Below are positions 18,325 to 26,686 of a stretch of DNA of 64,000 bases, in pieces (within the stretch, counting starts at the first letter, position 1; each line of letters opens with the position of its first letter). The translations under genes and the position numbers were made by a program. Source of the DNA: an uncultured Candidatus Obscuribacterales bacterium (GTDB lineage: Bacteria; Cyanobacteriota; Vampirovibrionia; Obscuribacterales; Obscuribacteraceae); assembly GCA_964541355.1 (NCBI GenBank), contig CAZISK010000001.1, forward strand, positions 4,335 through 68,334, given 5' to 3'. The notes beneath the pieces are model-generated. The model was given only the letters and a program-made list of their open reading frames with translations. It had not been told where the DNA came from and did no database searches.

Positions 18325-18896
18325 GTCCGCTCCTTGAATAGTGGCAATTGAAGAAGATCGTTTTCGGCTGGTCGTCGTCTTCTTCTCCGCGACGGATTAG
18401 TCTCGCCTTCAGATAGCGCGAAGAAGAGTGCTCGTCGCCAGCCTCGATTTGTATCGCCTGGTAGACCGGACTCCGCTACAGTCATCGAGAACAACCACCA
18501 GCGTTCCTCAGGGCGGAGTGCTGCCCATTTGCTGCAAATTACTGGTAATTGTTCCGTTGTTGCGGTTTCCGCAGCCCATGCGAGCACGCACAATTCCTTG
18601 CCTAAGAGCCGATCCACGAGATTGGTGCCGATGTGCCATCGACCTGTAAGAATCTTTGCCGTCTTGAGCCTTTCGTTAAATTCGCGTCGCGAAGTATCTG
18701 CAATGATCGACCATATGGTTCGTTCAAGTATGACACGTTCCTCGTCCCGTGGGATACCGACTTCTTGCCCGCGGTAGCCATAGTCCTCAATGATCAGTAC
18801 GGGTTCGCTTCGTGCTGGAGGGATTTCGACGCGGAAAACGTGAGCTCCGAATTTATCAGGAGCCCCGAAGTCGACCGTCGTCTGTTTCTCGATCAT
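18321..18896 (-). CDS. DUF3780-like small protein
   Basis: 191 aa. Its size and its position between the DUF499 and DUF1156 genes match my recollection of the usual DUF3780 context. There are 4-nt overlaps on both sides. The C-terminal tail is basic (RRRRRP). Confidence 0.6.
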   Translation of the reverse strand: MIEKQTTVDFGAPDKFGAHVFRVEIPPARSEPVLIIEDYGYRGQEVGIPRDEERVILERTIWSIIADTSRREFNERLKTAKILTGRWHIGTNLVDRLLGKELCVLAWAAETATTEQLPVICSKWAALRPEERWWLFSMTVAESGLPGDTNRGWRRALFFALSEGETNPSRRRRRRPAENDLLQLPLFKERT

Positions 18897-21800
18897 TGAT
18901 CGACGTCTCCTGCAACCAGTTCGATTCCGAGTTTAGTTGCAAAATCCTTTAAATCGTGTCCTGAGGCAAAACTCGATTTGCGAAACGTCATTGTGACTGG
19001 CGTGTCCGGCTTGAATCTTTCCAAAACCTTCACGAGCAACGATTCAATGAATATTGCGTCTACTTCAATATCACCCACACTCACGGCGATCATCTGATTC
19101 CCTTGACCGACAGTCAAATTCACACCTTCGAATGTAGCTGCTCTATCGGCCGCATGTTTCAATCCTTCGAAGGTTTTGCTTCGAGAATCAAGTTTGCGTC
19201 CAGAGCGCGAAACCAGCCTGGCAGGCTTCACGTCATCGACGTGAACACCCTTCTTCCCCTTGGCCGGGAATCGAAAGTCTTCCTTGGTTTCAAGTCCGTC
19301 AGCTGAGGCAAACGCGCGAAGCAATACCTCTTCTTCATCATTTATTCCGATGGGGCCGGTATAAGGTGTGCCTTCACGAGGCTCACTTCCGTCAAGCGTG
19401 TAACGTATTTCTCCTCGCGGTACAACCGACAGTTCCACGGTTCGTTTGCCGTCCTGCTCCGCCAGTTCATTCCTTAACACTAGGCGGTTGCTCCAAGTGA
19501 CAGGATCGCCTGTTTCATATTGTCCCGATAGGTCGCATACAAGAAAACTTACGCGCAACGCGGTGGTAGATAACTGGTTGTCTTTGAGATGGGGACAAGA
19601 TTCCGACACGGGACCATCTTCTGCATATTGAATTCGCGGAGCAGGTCCCGCATTTTGCGGATTCACTCGTAAGCGCACGCAGCCTGCGTCATCCGGACCT
19701 GTCTCAGGAATCACTTGTGCCGAAGTCCGTTTTTTCTTCGGTTTCTTTGTGACGTAACCGTTGCCTAGATCCTCCCACAATCCTCGATTGCACGCGATGG
19801 ATCGGAGTGTCTCAAGTCCCTTGGGCGGTAGCCACGGCATACCTGCTTGTTCGGTATAACGATCAATCACATCAGACCAACGAGCTTCATCTTGGTTTTC
19901 CGGCCATAGAAGGTCCTGTGCTTTGTCTATAATTGCGTCGAAGTCCTTCTCAACATCGATGTACAGTTTTAACGGGTTCGACGTTAACGTCTTTTCGATT
20001 TGTTCTTCACCATTGAAGGCTTTGGTGGCATCGCGAGTCATATCGAGCGCTTTCGGAGCAAGCATGGAAGGCTTACCAGATCGTTGGATAGGGAAAAGAA
20101 CTTTATCGAACAAGTTCAGGACAGTGGAATTGAAGTCTTGTTCGTACGTCTGTTGCTTTCTTTCGAGATCCTCTCGTTGCGCGTGACCCTTTGGGATTCG
20201 CCCATCCGCTTTTTGTGCTGCAAAAAGCTGCCGTGCGGCTTTTTCTACGCTACCCATCGCAGTCTTGTCACCAGTGAGCACGCACAGATTGTTTTTCTGA
20301 GTTAACCCATCGAAAAATTTCTGTACCTCATCTGGAGGAATCTTCGAGTCGGGGCTAACGACGAGCAACGTGCGCCCTTTCCTGACCCTATCAGCGACTT
20401 CTTCTAATTTGGGAAGAGGTAGGACGTCTTCATAACAAGACTTTCGCGACGCCTTGAACATGTCCCGTAGCCGGTGGCGAATTAGATCGTCAACCATATT
20501 TTCAGGGGCATCCTGCGCAAGACTTTGCAGAAGCTTGGTTAGATTTTCTTGTCGGTCAAAATAGTAACGTCCTTCGGAATTATGGTGGATGTACCAGGCT
20601 ATTTTTTCCAATTCTTCGAAAGCTGCAAGAAATTCCGATGGCTCTCTAAGCGGCGACACCAGGCATTCGACCATTTCTTCACGAGTCAGTCCCTTTACTG
20701 AATTGACTGCTGTGGACAAACTCGCGGTGAGAAGGAGCGAGCCAACCTGAGTCGCCGCTTCCTTTCCGGTTTGCAAGTCAATTACCTGGGCGTGCGAGGA
20801 TTGCTGACCATCCCACAAGTCCTTTGCTATAACATCGCGCATCCCAGAGATCTCTGTCAGTTTATCGCGCACGTCCGGAATGGACAGATCGAAGTGCTGC
20901 GGGCCGATGAGAAAGACATCGTTCGCTTGCCGTTCCCATACTGATTTCAGCAATCGCGATACCAATTCAATAAGTCCTCGCGTCTGCTTGAATTGCTCAT
21001 TCTCTTTGAATAGCGCGATGACATTTTTCAATCGCGGATGGAACGGGTATGTGGCGAAAACTTCGTCGGCGATCGCTTCAGCACCACGATGTGCGGTTTT
21101 GGATTTGGCGGCTTCTTCCAACTTTCGTCCAAAGGCGTCAGCAATGTCTTCAATTTCGGCCTTTTGCGGAAGTGACTTGAACAGCCGTTTGCGCAGAATG
21201 TCATAGATTTCGTTTGCTGCAAGATCTACCGGCGTAATATTCCGTTCCTGACGGCCGACTTCCGCACGAGCATCTTCTAGCGCACGATTTATCAGTTTGG
21301 AACCTGTGTCATAGGCCGCTGCAAGATCGCTAACAACAACGCAAACATTCTTCTTCTTGCCGGCTGCTGTAAGCAGATTCGCGAAGGCTCTAGTGGCTAT
21401 GTCGGCTACAGTGCCGTTTCCTACTTTCTGTGTATCAAGATAGTGGAAATAAGGTGGGAGTTCGTCCAGCAGAATAAGCACTGGCTGATCACCATCGAAA
21501 AGTTTGAGCCAATCCTTCTCGTCTGGCGCCTGCGGACCACTCGTCCAAAAGCCTTTGAATTGATCTCCCTTACCGAGCTGAGTGGCAATCTCTCCCCAGA
21601 AGAAGTTGTTTGGATTGTTTCTCCCGTTGAATGCTGCTATTTCCGCTTTGTCGAAGGACTCGGCGTGGGCCATGCCAGCGCAATACTTTGCTCGCAGTTT
21701 CCAATGACGCGCCAGAAGACCGAATCCAACCAGGAGGTGCGTTTTACCTCCTCCCATCGCCTGCTTCAGGTGAAAGATCGCTTGCGACGAGTTTCCGGAT

Positions 21801-21979
21801 AGCCTGGCTATGCCCTCCACGATCAGATCTTTCATGCCTTGCGTGATGTGGGTCTTTTCGAAGAAGGCCGAGCCATCCCCTTCTGCAGAGATGAGCTCAT
21901 CGAGTTGCTCGATTTGATCGCTAAGTTTGATGGATATCGCATTATCTTGAATTACGCATGCATCACGGACGGTTTTCAT
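18893..21979 (-). CDS. DUF499-type (COG1483, BrxC/PglY-like) P-loop ATPase
   Basis: 1028 aa. Walker A is MGGGKTHLLVGFG and Walker B is PVLILLDELPPYF. The C-terminal part has two (I/R)xY..DG(S)xP beta-sandwich-like motifs. It is the first gene of the four-gene operon. Confidence 0.85.
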   Translation of the reverse strand: MKTVRDACVIQDNAISIKLSDQIEQLDELISAEGDGSAFFEKTHITQGMKDLIVEGIARLSGNSSQAIFHLKQAMGGGKTHLLVGFGLLARHWKLRAKYCAGMAHAESFDKAEIAAFNGRNNPNNFFWGEIATQLGKGDQFKGFWTSGPQAPDEKDWLKLFDGDQPVLILLDELPPYFHYLDTQKVGNGTVADIATRAFANLLTAAGKKKNVCVVVSDLAAAYDTGSKLINRALEDARAEVGRQERNITPVDLAANEIYDILRKRLFKSLPQKAEIEDIADAFGRKLEEAAKSKTAHRGAEAIADEVFATYPFHPRLKNVIALFKENEQFKQTRGLIELVSRLLKSVWERQANDVFLIGPQHFDLSIPDVRDKLTEISGMRDVIAKDLWDGQQSSHAQVIDLQTGKEAATQVGSLLLTASLSTAVNSVKGLTREEMVECLVSPLREPSEFLAAFEELEKIAWYIHHNSEGRYYFDRQENLTKLLQSLAQDAPENMVDDLIRHRLRDMFKASRKSCYEDVLPLPKLEEVADRVRKGRTLLVVSPDSKIPPDEVQKFFDGLTQKNNLCVLTGDKTAMGSVEKAARQLFAAQKADGRIPKGHAQREDLERKQQTYEQDFNSTVLNLFDKVLFPIQRSGKPSMLAPKALDMTRDATKAFNGEEQIEKTLTSNPLKLYIDVEKDFDAIIDKAQDLLWPENQDEARWSDVIDRYTEQAGMPWLPPKGLETLRSIACNRGLWEDLGNGYVTKKPKKKRTSAQVIPETGPDDAGCVRLRVNPQNAGPAPRIQYAEDGPVSESCPHLKDNQLSTTALRVSFLVCDLSGQYETGDPVTWSNRLVLRNELAEQDGKRTVELSVVPRGEIRYTLDGSEPREGTPYTGPIGINDEEEVLLRAFASADGLETKEDFRFPAKGKKGVHVDDVKPARLVSRSGRKLDSRSKTFEGLKHAADRAATFEGVNLTVGQGNQMIAVSVGDIEVDAIFIESLLVKVLERFKPDTPVTMTFRKSSFASGHDLKDFATKLGIELVAGDVDQ

Positions 21980-22449
21980 CGAGTCACTCCCAAACTGTGT
22001 TACCTGTGATGTTCATATCACCCCTCGGCAATTGCATTTAAGCCTGATGTGGTAACTGGCGGGTTGCCAACGGGGCGAAGTGTTCTTGACGGGGGCACGA
22101 TCCAAGCCATACATTATCTAATAAGATCAGCCTATGTTCCAGCGTACGGGACGCGGCTGCAGAATACGCGCATTTAGCCCCAATGAGGTTCTCCGAGGAA
22201 AGACTGCAACGAGCAGCGCTTGGCATCGTCCGGTGTGTTACTGCCACCGCATTCGGTGGCAACATGGAATTGCGCAGTTCTTGAATTTGTCGCGATTGGC
22301 AGAAAAGCTGAGTTTCCACGAATCTCCGGATGTTGTCCATGCTGTTGACTGGTATGCGTTGACGTTTATCCATTCTGGGGTCTATATGGGGTCCAGCCCA
22401 GAAAACCTCCCCCAAAAAGAAAACCGCCTTTCGGCGGAAACGTAGATGA

Positions 22450-22504
22450 TGGGCGAGGTGGGACTTGAACCCACACGTATTGCTACACTAGATCCTAAGT
22501 CTTA
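22450..22504 (-). tRNA. 3' fragment (~55 nt) of tRNA-Leu(UAG), not an intact gene. Right copy of the att repeat.
   Basis: The reverse complement reads TAAGA-CTTAGGA-TCTAG (anticodon arm, anticodon TAG, G37), then TGTAGCAATACGT (long variable arm, GTA/TAC stem), then GTGGG-TTCAAGT-CCCAC, then CTCGCCC-A. No complementary GGGCGAG 5' acceptor strand or D-arm follows. Confidence 0.65.
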
Positions 22505-22619
22505 TGAGTAGCCTTGTACGGCGTTGTAATGAGTTGTACGAGCGTAGGGCTTTAATTAACAAAAGTGGCTGATCATGGGCATTTCAGGGCTTGATGTTTT
22601 GTATTCTCTTGGATACACT

Positions 22620-22811
22620 TGTAATTACTACGACAGGTAAATGGTCGTTTATTGGTCGTTTGTTTGATGACTGCACGAATCGTGAAATTCAAATCTATCT
22701 GTTTTTTGCTGTAACTACTGTGACTATTGTAACTACGCCCAGCCGGTGGGGCTTTCGAGACTATACAACTGTAACCACGACTGGGACCACGGAAGAAAAA
22801 CTGTAACCATG
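22620..22811 (+). promoter_or_regulatory. cluster of short direct repeats (candidate arm-type integrase/Xis binding sites) between the att repeat and int
   Basis: TGTAAYYAY-type 9-mers occur at 22620, 22710, 22719 (TGTGACTAT), 22728, 22770 and 22802. The three at 22710-22736 are contiguous, and the last overlaps the int ATG. TGGTCGTTT also occurs twice (22642-22650, 22653-22661). Confidence 0.4.
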
Positions 22812-24071
22812 AAAGTAAAACTCACCCAAGAATTTGTCGAATCCGACCTTGCGCCCGGAATGTACCGAGACTCTGGACACCCGCGGGCACAAAGCGGGTT
22901 TGCTCTCAAGGTCACACCGGCCGGCACCAAGGTATATCTAGTCGATAGCAAGGTCCGAGGCACCCGAAAAAATGTCACGGTCACTATCGACAAGCATCCG
23001 ACCATCTCGTGCAAGGATGCTCGGGATCGCGCAAAGGAAATCTTGGCTCTGCTTCATCAGCGCGTAAATCCAAACGAGCTTGAGCGTGAGGAGCAACGCA
23101 AAGAACAAAATGAGGCGGCTGAGCGTCTCGATCAGAAGCGAGTGGCAGAGCTGACGATCAGAAAGGTGTTTGCAGAGTATGTGGTCTCCAAAAAGCTCAA
23201 AGCAAGCACTGCGTATGTTTATCAATGCGATTTGTTCAAATGCCTTTCGGACTGGCTCGATAAGCCAATGTCATCAATCACTAAAGAGATGGTGGAAAAA
23301 CGACATAGAAAGGTAAGCGAGGAGCACGAAGGACAAGCAAACCATGTAATGCGGATTCTCAGAGCGCTGTTCTATTACGCCATGGGCACGTATGAAGACA
23401 GAGAAGGTAAACCATTGCTTACTCAGAATCCGGTAAAGCGCCTCTCTCAAATCAAGGCATGGAATAAACTTGATCGCCGCCAAGACATCATCGATGATCA
23501 GGACCTTCAAGCCTGGGCAAAAGCTGTTCTCTCACTAAGGAACGATGCTGTGCGTGATTACATACTGTTGATGCTATTTACTGGCTTGAGGCGCGACGAA
23601 GCAGCCAAGCTAGAGTGGCGAAATGTCTCCACCCGCAAAAGAACATTCACCGTTACTGATACCAAAAACGGACAGTCTCACACCCTGCCGATGTCGGATT
23701 ACCTCTACGCATTATTCAAGCAGCGAGAAGCAACCCGTACAGGCTCGTATGTGTTTCCGGGCAGGGTATCACCACACCTGAAGGATTGCAGAGCGCAATT
23801 CGCGATGGTGACCGAGGAGAGCGAAATCGAATTTACACCGCACACGCTCAGAAGAACGTTCACGACAATTGCAGCGCGGATGCTTCCGGACTATGTGGTG
23901 AAGCGATTGACGAACCATATTGATGGAGCCGACGTGACCCAAGGCTATGTGGTCGTTGAAGTGGAGAAACTGAGAGAACCGATGCGCATGATCTCAGAAC
24001 ATATCCTCACCCATGCGAATCTGAAAACAGCGGAAATCTTGGAATCATCGAAGGTGGTCCAGCTAGCTTGA
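22809..24071 (+). CDS. int: tyrosine integrase with an N-terminal DUF4102-type arm-binding domain
   Basis: MKVKLTQEFVESDLAPGMYRDSG...GFALKVTPAGTKVYLV is the P4-type integrase N-terminus. The catalytic region has LFTGLRRDEA, HTLRRTF, LTNH and DVTQGY. The ORF track starts at 22746. Confidence 0.9.
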   Translation: MKVKLTQEFVESDLAPGMYRDSGHPRAQSGFALKVTPAGTKVYLVDSKVRGTRKNVTVTIDKHPTISCKDARDRAKEILALLHQRVNPNELEREEQRKEQNEAAERLDQKRVAELTIRKVFAEYVVSKKLKASTAYVYQCDLFKCLSDWLDKPMSSITKEMVEKRHRKVSEEHEGQANHVMRILRALFYYAMGTYEDREGKPLLTQNPVKRLSQIKAWNKLDRRQDIIDDQDLQAWAKAVLSLRNDAVRDYILLMLFTGLRRDEAAKLEWRNVSTRKRTFTVTDTKNGQSHTLPMSDYLYALFKQREATRTGSYVFPGRVSPHLKDCRAQFAMVTEESEIEFTPHTLRRTFTTIAARMLPDYVVKRLTNHIDGADVTQGYVVVEVEKLREPMRMISEHILTHANLKTAEILESSKVVQLA

Positions 24072-24272
24072 GATTAGAAAAACTTGCGTAATGACGGTAA
24101 ATATACGATGGCTTGGCACCGCCAGCAATTCCATTAGAATGATTTCGAAAGCGTTGTCGTGACAGACCATCAGCCGTCAAGTGTCGTTCAATAGATGAGA
24201 AAAACTTGCGTAAAGACAACGCCCTTGATTAGGCGGCTAACCCAATAAACTGGCCTTATCCAAGACGGGAGG

Positions 24273-25124
24273 ATGTACAGCGTGACAATGGGTCTAACAC
24301 TGAATGAGGCTGCAAGTCTGTGTACATCTCCACCTAGAAGCACTGGGTTGCTTCAGCGTATTCCGGTGAGCTTCGAAGAGTCCGCCATCTGGATACAGAT
24401 TGAGCGGGATCTCAAAATTCCACACGATCAACAGCCAGTCTCTCCATTTGTCGCGTGGTTAAAGTCACGCCGATCTTCCGAGCAACATACATTGATGGCA
24501 ATGTGGCACTCAAAGAAGATCGCAATCGCGAACGAGGGACTGTCAACCTACGAGCCGTTCGCCGATGTTGGCACCGTGAGGGGTGATGGAAATCAATTTA
24601 CCCCGGATGGCGAGTTGTGCCTATTCCTACTGTTGCACGTATGCAAGAGCTTGGGAGTTCAACCCAGTGCACCATGGATGGTGAATGCGGCAGGCCGATA
24701 CTTCTTCTATCGCGGCGTGGAGCCCAACATCAAGAGACGGTCCAGCGGGCAACACATCAGCATCGCAAAGGCAGCGGAAGACTTATTTCGAACGATTCAA
24801 ACAGTTCTCACACACGAGGCACTCACTCAACTGACCCCCATAGTGGGTAGCAGAGAACTCGTTGAGCGAACAGCGGAGATTGTACCTATTCCAGTTCGTT
24901 CAAAACACAAGCCGGCCAAAGAACAGGATAGGACATCGATGGTCGTAAAGCACCTCACCGGGGGTCAGTGGTCACCAAAACTAGATAGTGAACCACACTG
25001 CGAAGCTACTCAGCAGCACAATGCAGAATGGAAAAATGCCAAGCCTTGGTACCTTCCCGCCCTAACTCCTCTGACCGCGATTTTGTTTGATTTGAATTTG
25101 AGAGCAATTCTAGATACGGAATGA
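24273..25124 (+). CDS. hypothetical protein
   Basis: 283-aa ORF in the operon-like plus-strand series after int. No recognised domain. Confidence 0.45.
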   Translation: MYSVTMGLTLNEAASLCTSPPRSTGLLQRIPVSFEESAIWIQIERDLKIPHDQQPVSPFVAWLKSRRSSEQHTLMAMWHSKKIAIANEGLSTYEPFADVGTVRGDGNQFTPDGELCLFLLLHVCKSLGVQPSAPWMVNAAGRYFFYRGVEPNIKRRSSGQHISIAKAAEDLFRTIQTVLTHEALTQLTPIVGSRELVERTAEIVPIPVRSKHKPAKEQDRTSMVVKHLTGGQWSPKLDSEPHCEATQQHNAEWKNAKPWYLPALTPLTAILFDLNLRAILDTE

Positions 25125-25201
25125 CCCTCATTCCGTATTAGGGGATTCACCACCGGCAGTGTACAGTCTCATCTGACCTGAGGCGAGACGGTACAAAGAC
25201 G

Positions 25202-25582
25202 GTGGATGAATCCTATATGCAGAAAAACTCAATCGTGGAAAAGTTTTCCAGGGAATTTCTACAGGCGCGGAAGGGGCAACCGCAACCGAGTGCTCAGGCG
25301 CCCGAGAAACAAGCGCCACCCCCTTGGAGATTTGATAAGTCTATCGACGACTACGTCCCGGGATCAAGCACGCCCGAATACATAAGCGAGAAACAGGCCG
25401 CGGCCCTGGTTGGGCTGTCTATCTTCACACTGCAAGCCTGGCGTTCAAAACGCTACAAGGACTTCGCAGGACCGCCTTACGTAAAACTCCCAGGTGGAAC
25501 CATCCGCTATCACGTCAAGACTCTCTTGTCCTGGTTTGCACAGTACTCACAAAACAATGGAGAACCACCCTCGGTGGCATAG
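25202..25582 (+). CDS. AlpA/excisionase-like helix-turn-helix protein
   Basis: YISEKQAAALVGLSIFTLQAWRSKRYKDFAGPPYVKLPGGTIRYHVKTLLSWF is an HTH_17/AlpA-like pattern. It lies 4 nt upstream of the primase gene. Confidence 0.6.
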   Translation: MDESYMQKNSIVEKFSREFLQARKGQPQPSAQAPEKQAPPPWRFDKSIDDYVPGSSTPEYISEKQAAALVGLSIFTLQAWRSKRYKDFAGPPYVKLPGGTIRYHVKTLLSWFAQYSQNNGEPPSVA

Positions 25583-25585
25583 AAT

Positions 25586-26686
25586 ATGCAACAGCAACGA
25601 AACCCCAAGCTAGCGGCAAGGGGTTCGGGTAAGAGTTTCAGCGCTCATTATTCTAACCTAAATGCCCAGAAAGTCAAAGATGCTGCCGTCGGTCGGTGGT
25701 ATGCCATCCTTGTCAGGTTGGGTGTTGACTCTGCCAGTTTGACGGGCAAGCATTCACCGTGCCCCATATGTGGTGGCAAAGACAGATTTCGGTATGACAA
25801 TCGCGAAGGCCGCGGCACCTTTATATGCAACGGCTGCGGATCTGGCGATGGTTGGACGCTGCTTATGCGTCTGCATAATTGGAACTTCACGCAAGCTGTT
25901 GAAGCTGTGGCTGGCACTTTTGGATTGGATTCAGAAGTGACGGTTTTGCCGCCAAAGCAGGCAGAGCCGACGGTGAGCCCGTTCCAATCCGAACGAAACA
26001 AGAAGCGACTGAGCCGGTATTACAAAGGTTCAAAATGGACGACAGAAATAGATGTGGTTGGGAAATATTTGCACTCGAGAATACCAGGACTAGACGAGCA
26101 AGTGTTCAGAAACAAAGTGCTTAGAACTCATGAACGTCTTCCCTACTTCCGTACTTCCGGACAGCAACCCATCCTGATGGGCAAGTTCAATGCATTGTTA
26201 GCAATCGTCAGCGCCCCTTGCGGGAAGCCAATCACAATGCATCGACTTTGGCTTGATAAATTCGGTAGAAAACTAAAGCTTATTGACCCTGAGCAGTTTG
26301 GCGCTTACCTTCCTTCAAGGAAATTGCTCCCACCAGAGATCGAAGGCGCCGCCAGGGGTGGTGCAATTCGGCTATTCCCCTGCGGCCCGGTTCTCGGCGT
26401 AGCTGAAGGACTCGAGACAGCCCTAGCCTGCTATACAGCGACAAAGATTCCCACGTGGGCAACGATTAGCGCTGCCGGCATGGCATCACTAGTGGTGCCC
26501 GCCGATGTGACTGAGGTGGTCATTTTTGCTGACAATGACGAAAACAGCGCGGGGCTAAAGGCAGCCAGGAAGTTGGCGAGCAGGCTAATCGCTGAAGGGC
26601 GGACGGTTCGAATCGTAATGCCGGACTTCGTCGGCACTGATTTCGCAGACGAGTATTTGGGAGAATTCGATGAAACGTCATCCTAG
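25586..26686 (+). CDS. P4-alpha-type zinc-binding plus Toprim primase
   Basis: HSPCPICGGKDRFRYDNREGRGTFICNGCGSGDGWTLLM is the P4 primase zinc ribbon. LGVAEGLETALA...VVIFADNDENSAGLKAARKLA carries the Toprim E and DxD motifs. Confidence 0.85.
   Translation: MQQQRNPKLAARGSGKSFSAHYSNLNAQKVKDAAVGRWYAILVRLGVDSASLTGKHSPCPICGGKDRFRYDNREGRGTFICNGCGSGDGWTLLMRLHNWNFTQAVEAVAGTFGLDSEVTVLPPKQAEPTVSPFQSERNKKRLSRYYKGSKWTTEIDVVGKYLHSRIPGLDEQVFRNKVLRTHERLPYFRTSGQQPILMGKFNALLAIVSAPCGKPITMHRLWLDKFGRKLKLIDPEQFGAYLPSRKLLPPEIEGAARGGAIRLFPCGPVLGVAEGLETALACYTATKIPTWATISAAGMASLVVPADVTEVVIFADNDENSAGLKAARKLASRLIAEGRTVRIVMPDFVGTDFADEYLGEFDETSS

Larger units (their letters stand above)
4050..22481. mobile_element. degenerate tRNA-Leu-associated genomic (defence) island bounded by 35-bp direct repeats
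   Basis: A perfect direct repeat lies at both ends. An integrase remnant sits at the left end, an excisionase-like gene is internal, and the cargo is almost entirely nuclease, methylase or regulator genes. Confidence 0.65.

Noticed and set aside
12700-21850. Numerous 60-120-aa ORFs on the plus strand inside the four large minus-strand genes.
   Set aside because: They are antisense shadows of long, motif-rich genes. They have Ser/Arg/Cys-rich junk-like composition and no independent signals.
22038-22415. 125-aa minus-strand ORF (and the overlapping 103-aa plus-strand ORF) between the ATPase gene and the tRNA fragment.
   Set aside because: There are no motifs, the composition is odd, the two ORFs overlap each other, and I saw no RBS. 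This is more likely the promoter/leader region of the four-gene operon.
22447-22560. Possible intact tRNA-Leu gene on the minus strand.
   Set aside because: Only the anticodon arm, variable arm, T-arm and 3' acceptor strand are present. The sequence to the right (22505-22560) has no CTCGCCC complement of the acceptor strand and no D-arm, so it is a 3' fragment (att site).
22620-22811. Short direct repeats considered as a possible mini-CRISPR array.
   Set aside because: The units are only 9 nt, degenerate and partly contiguous without spacers. They lie next to an integrase, which fits recombinase or regulatory binding sites.
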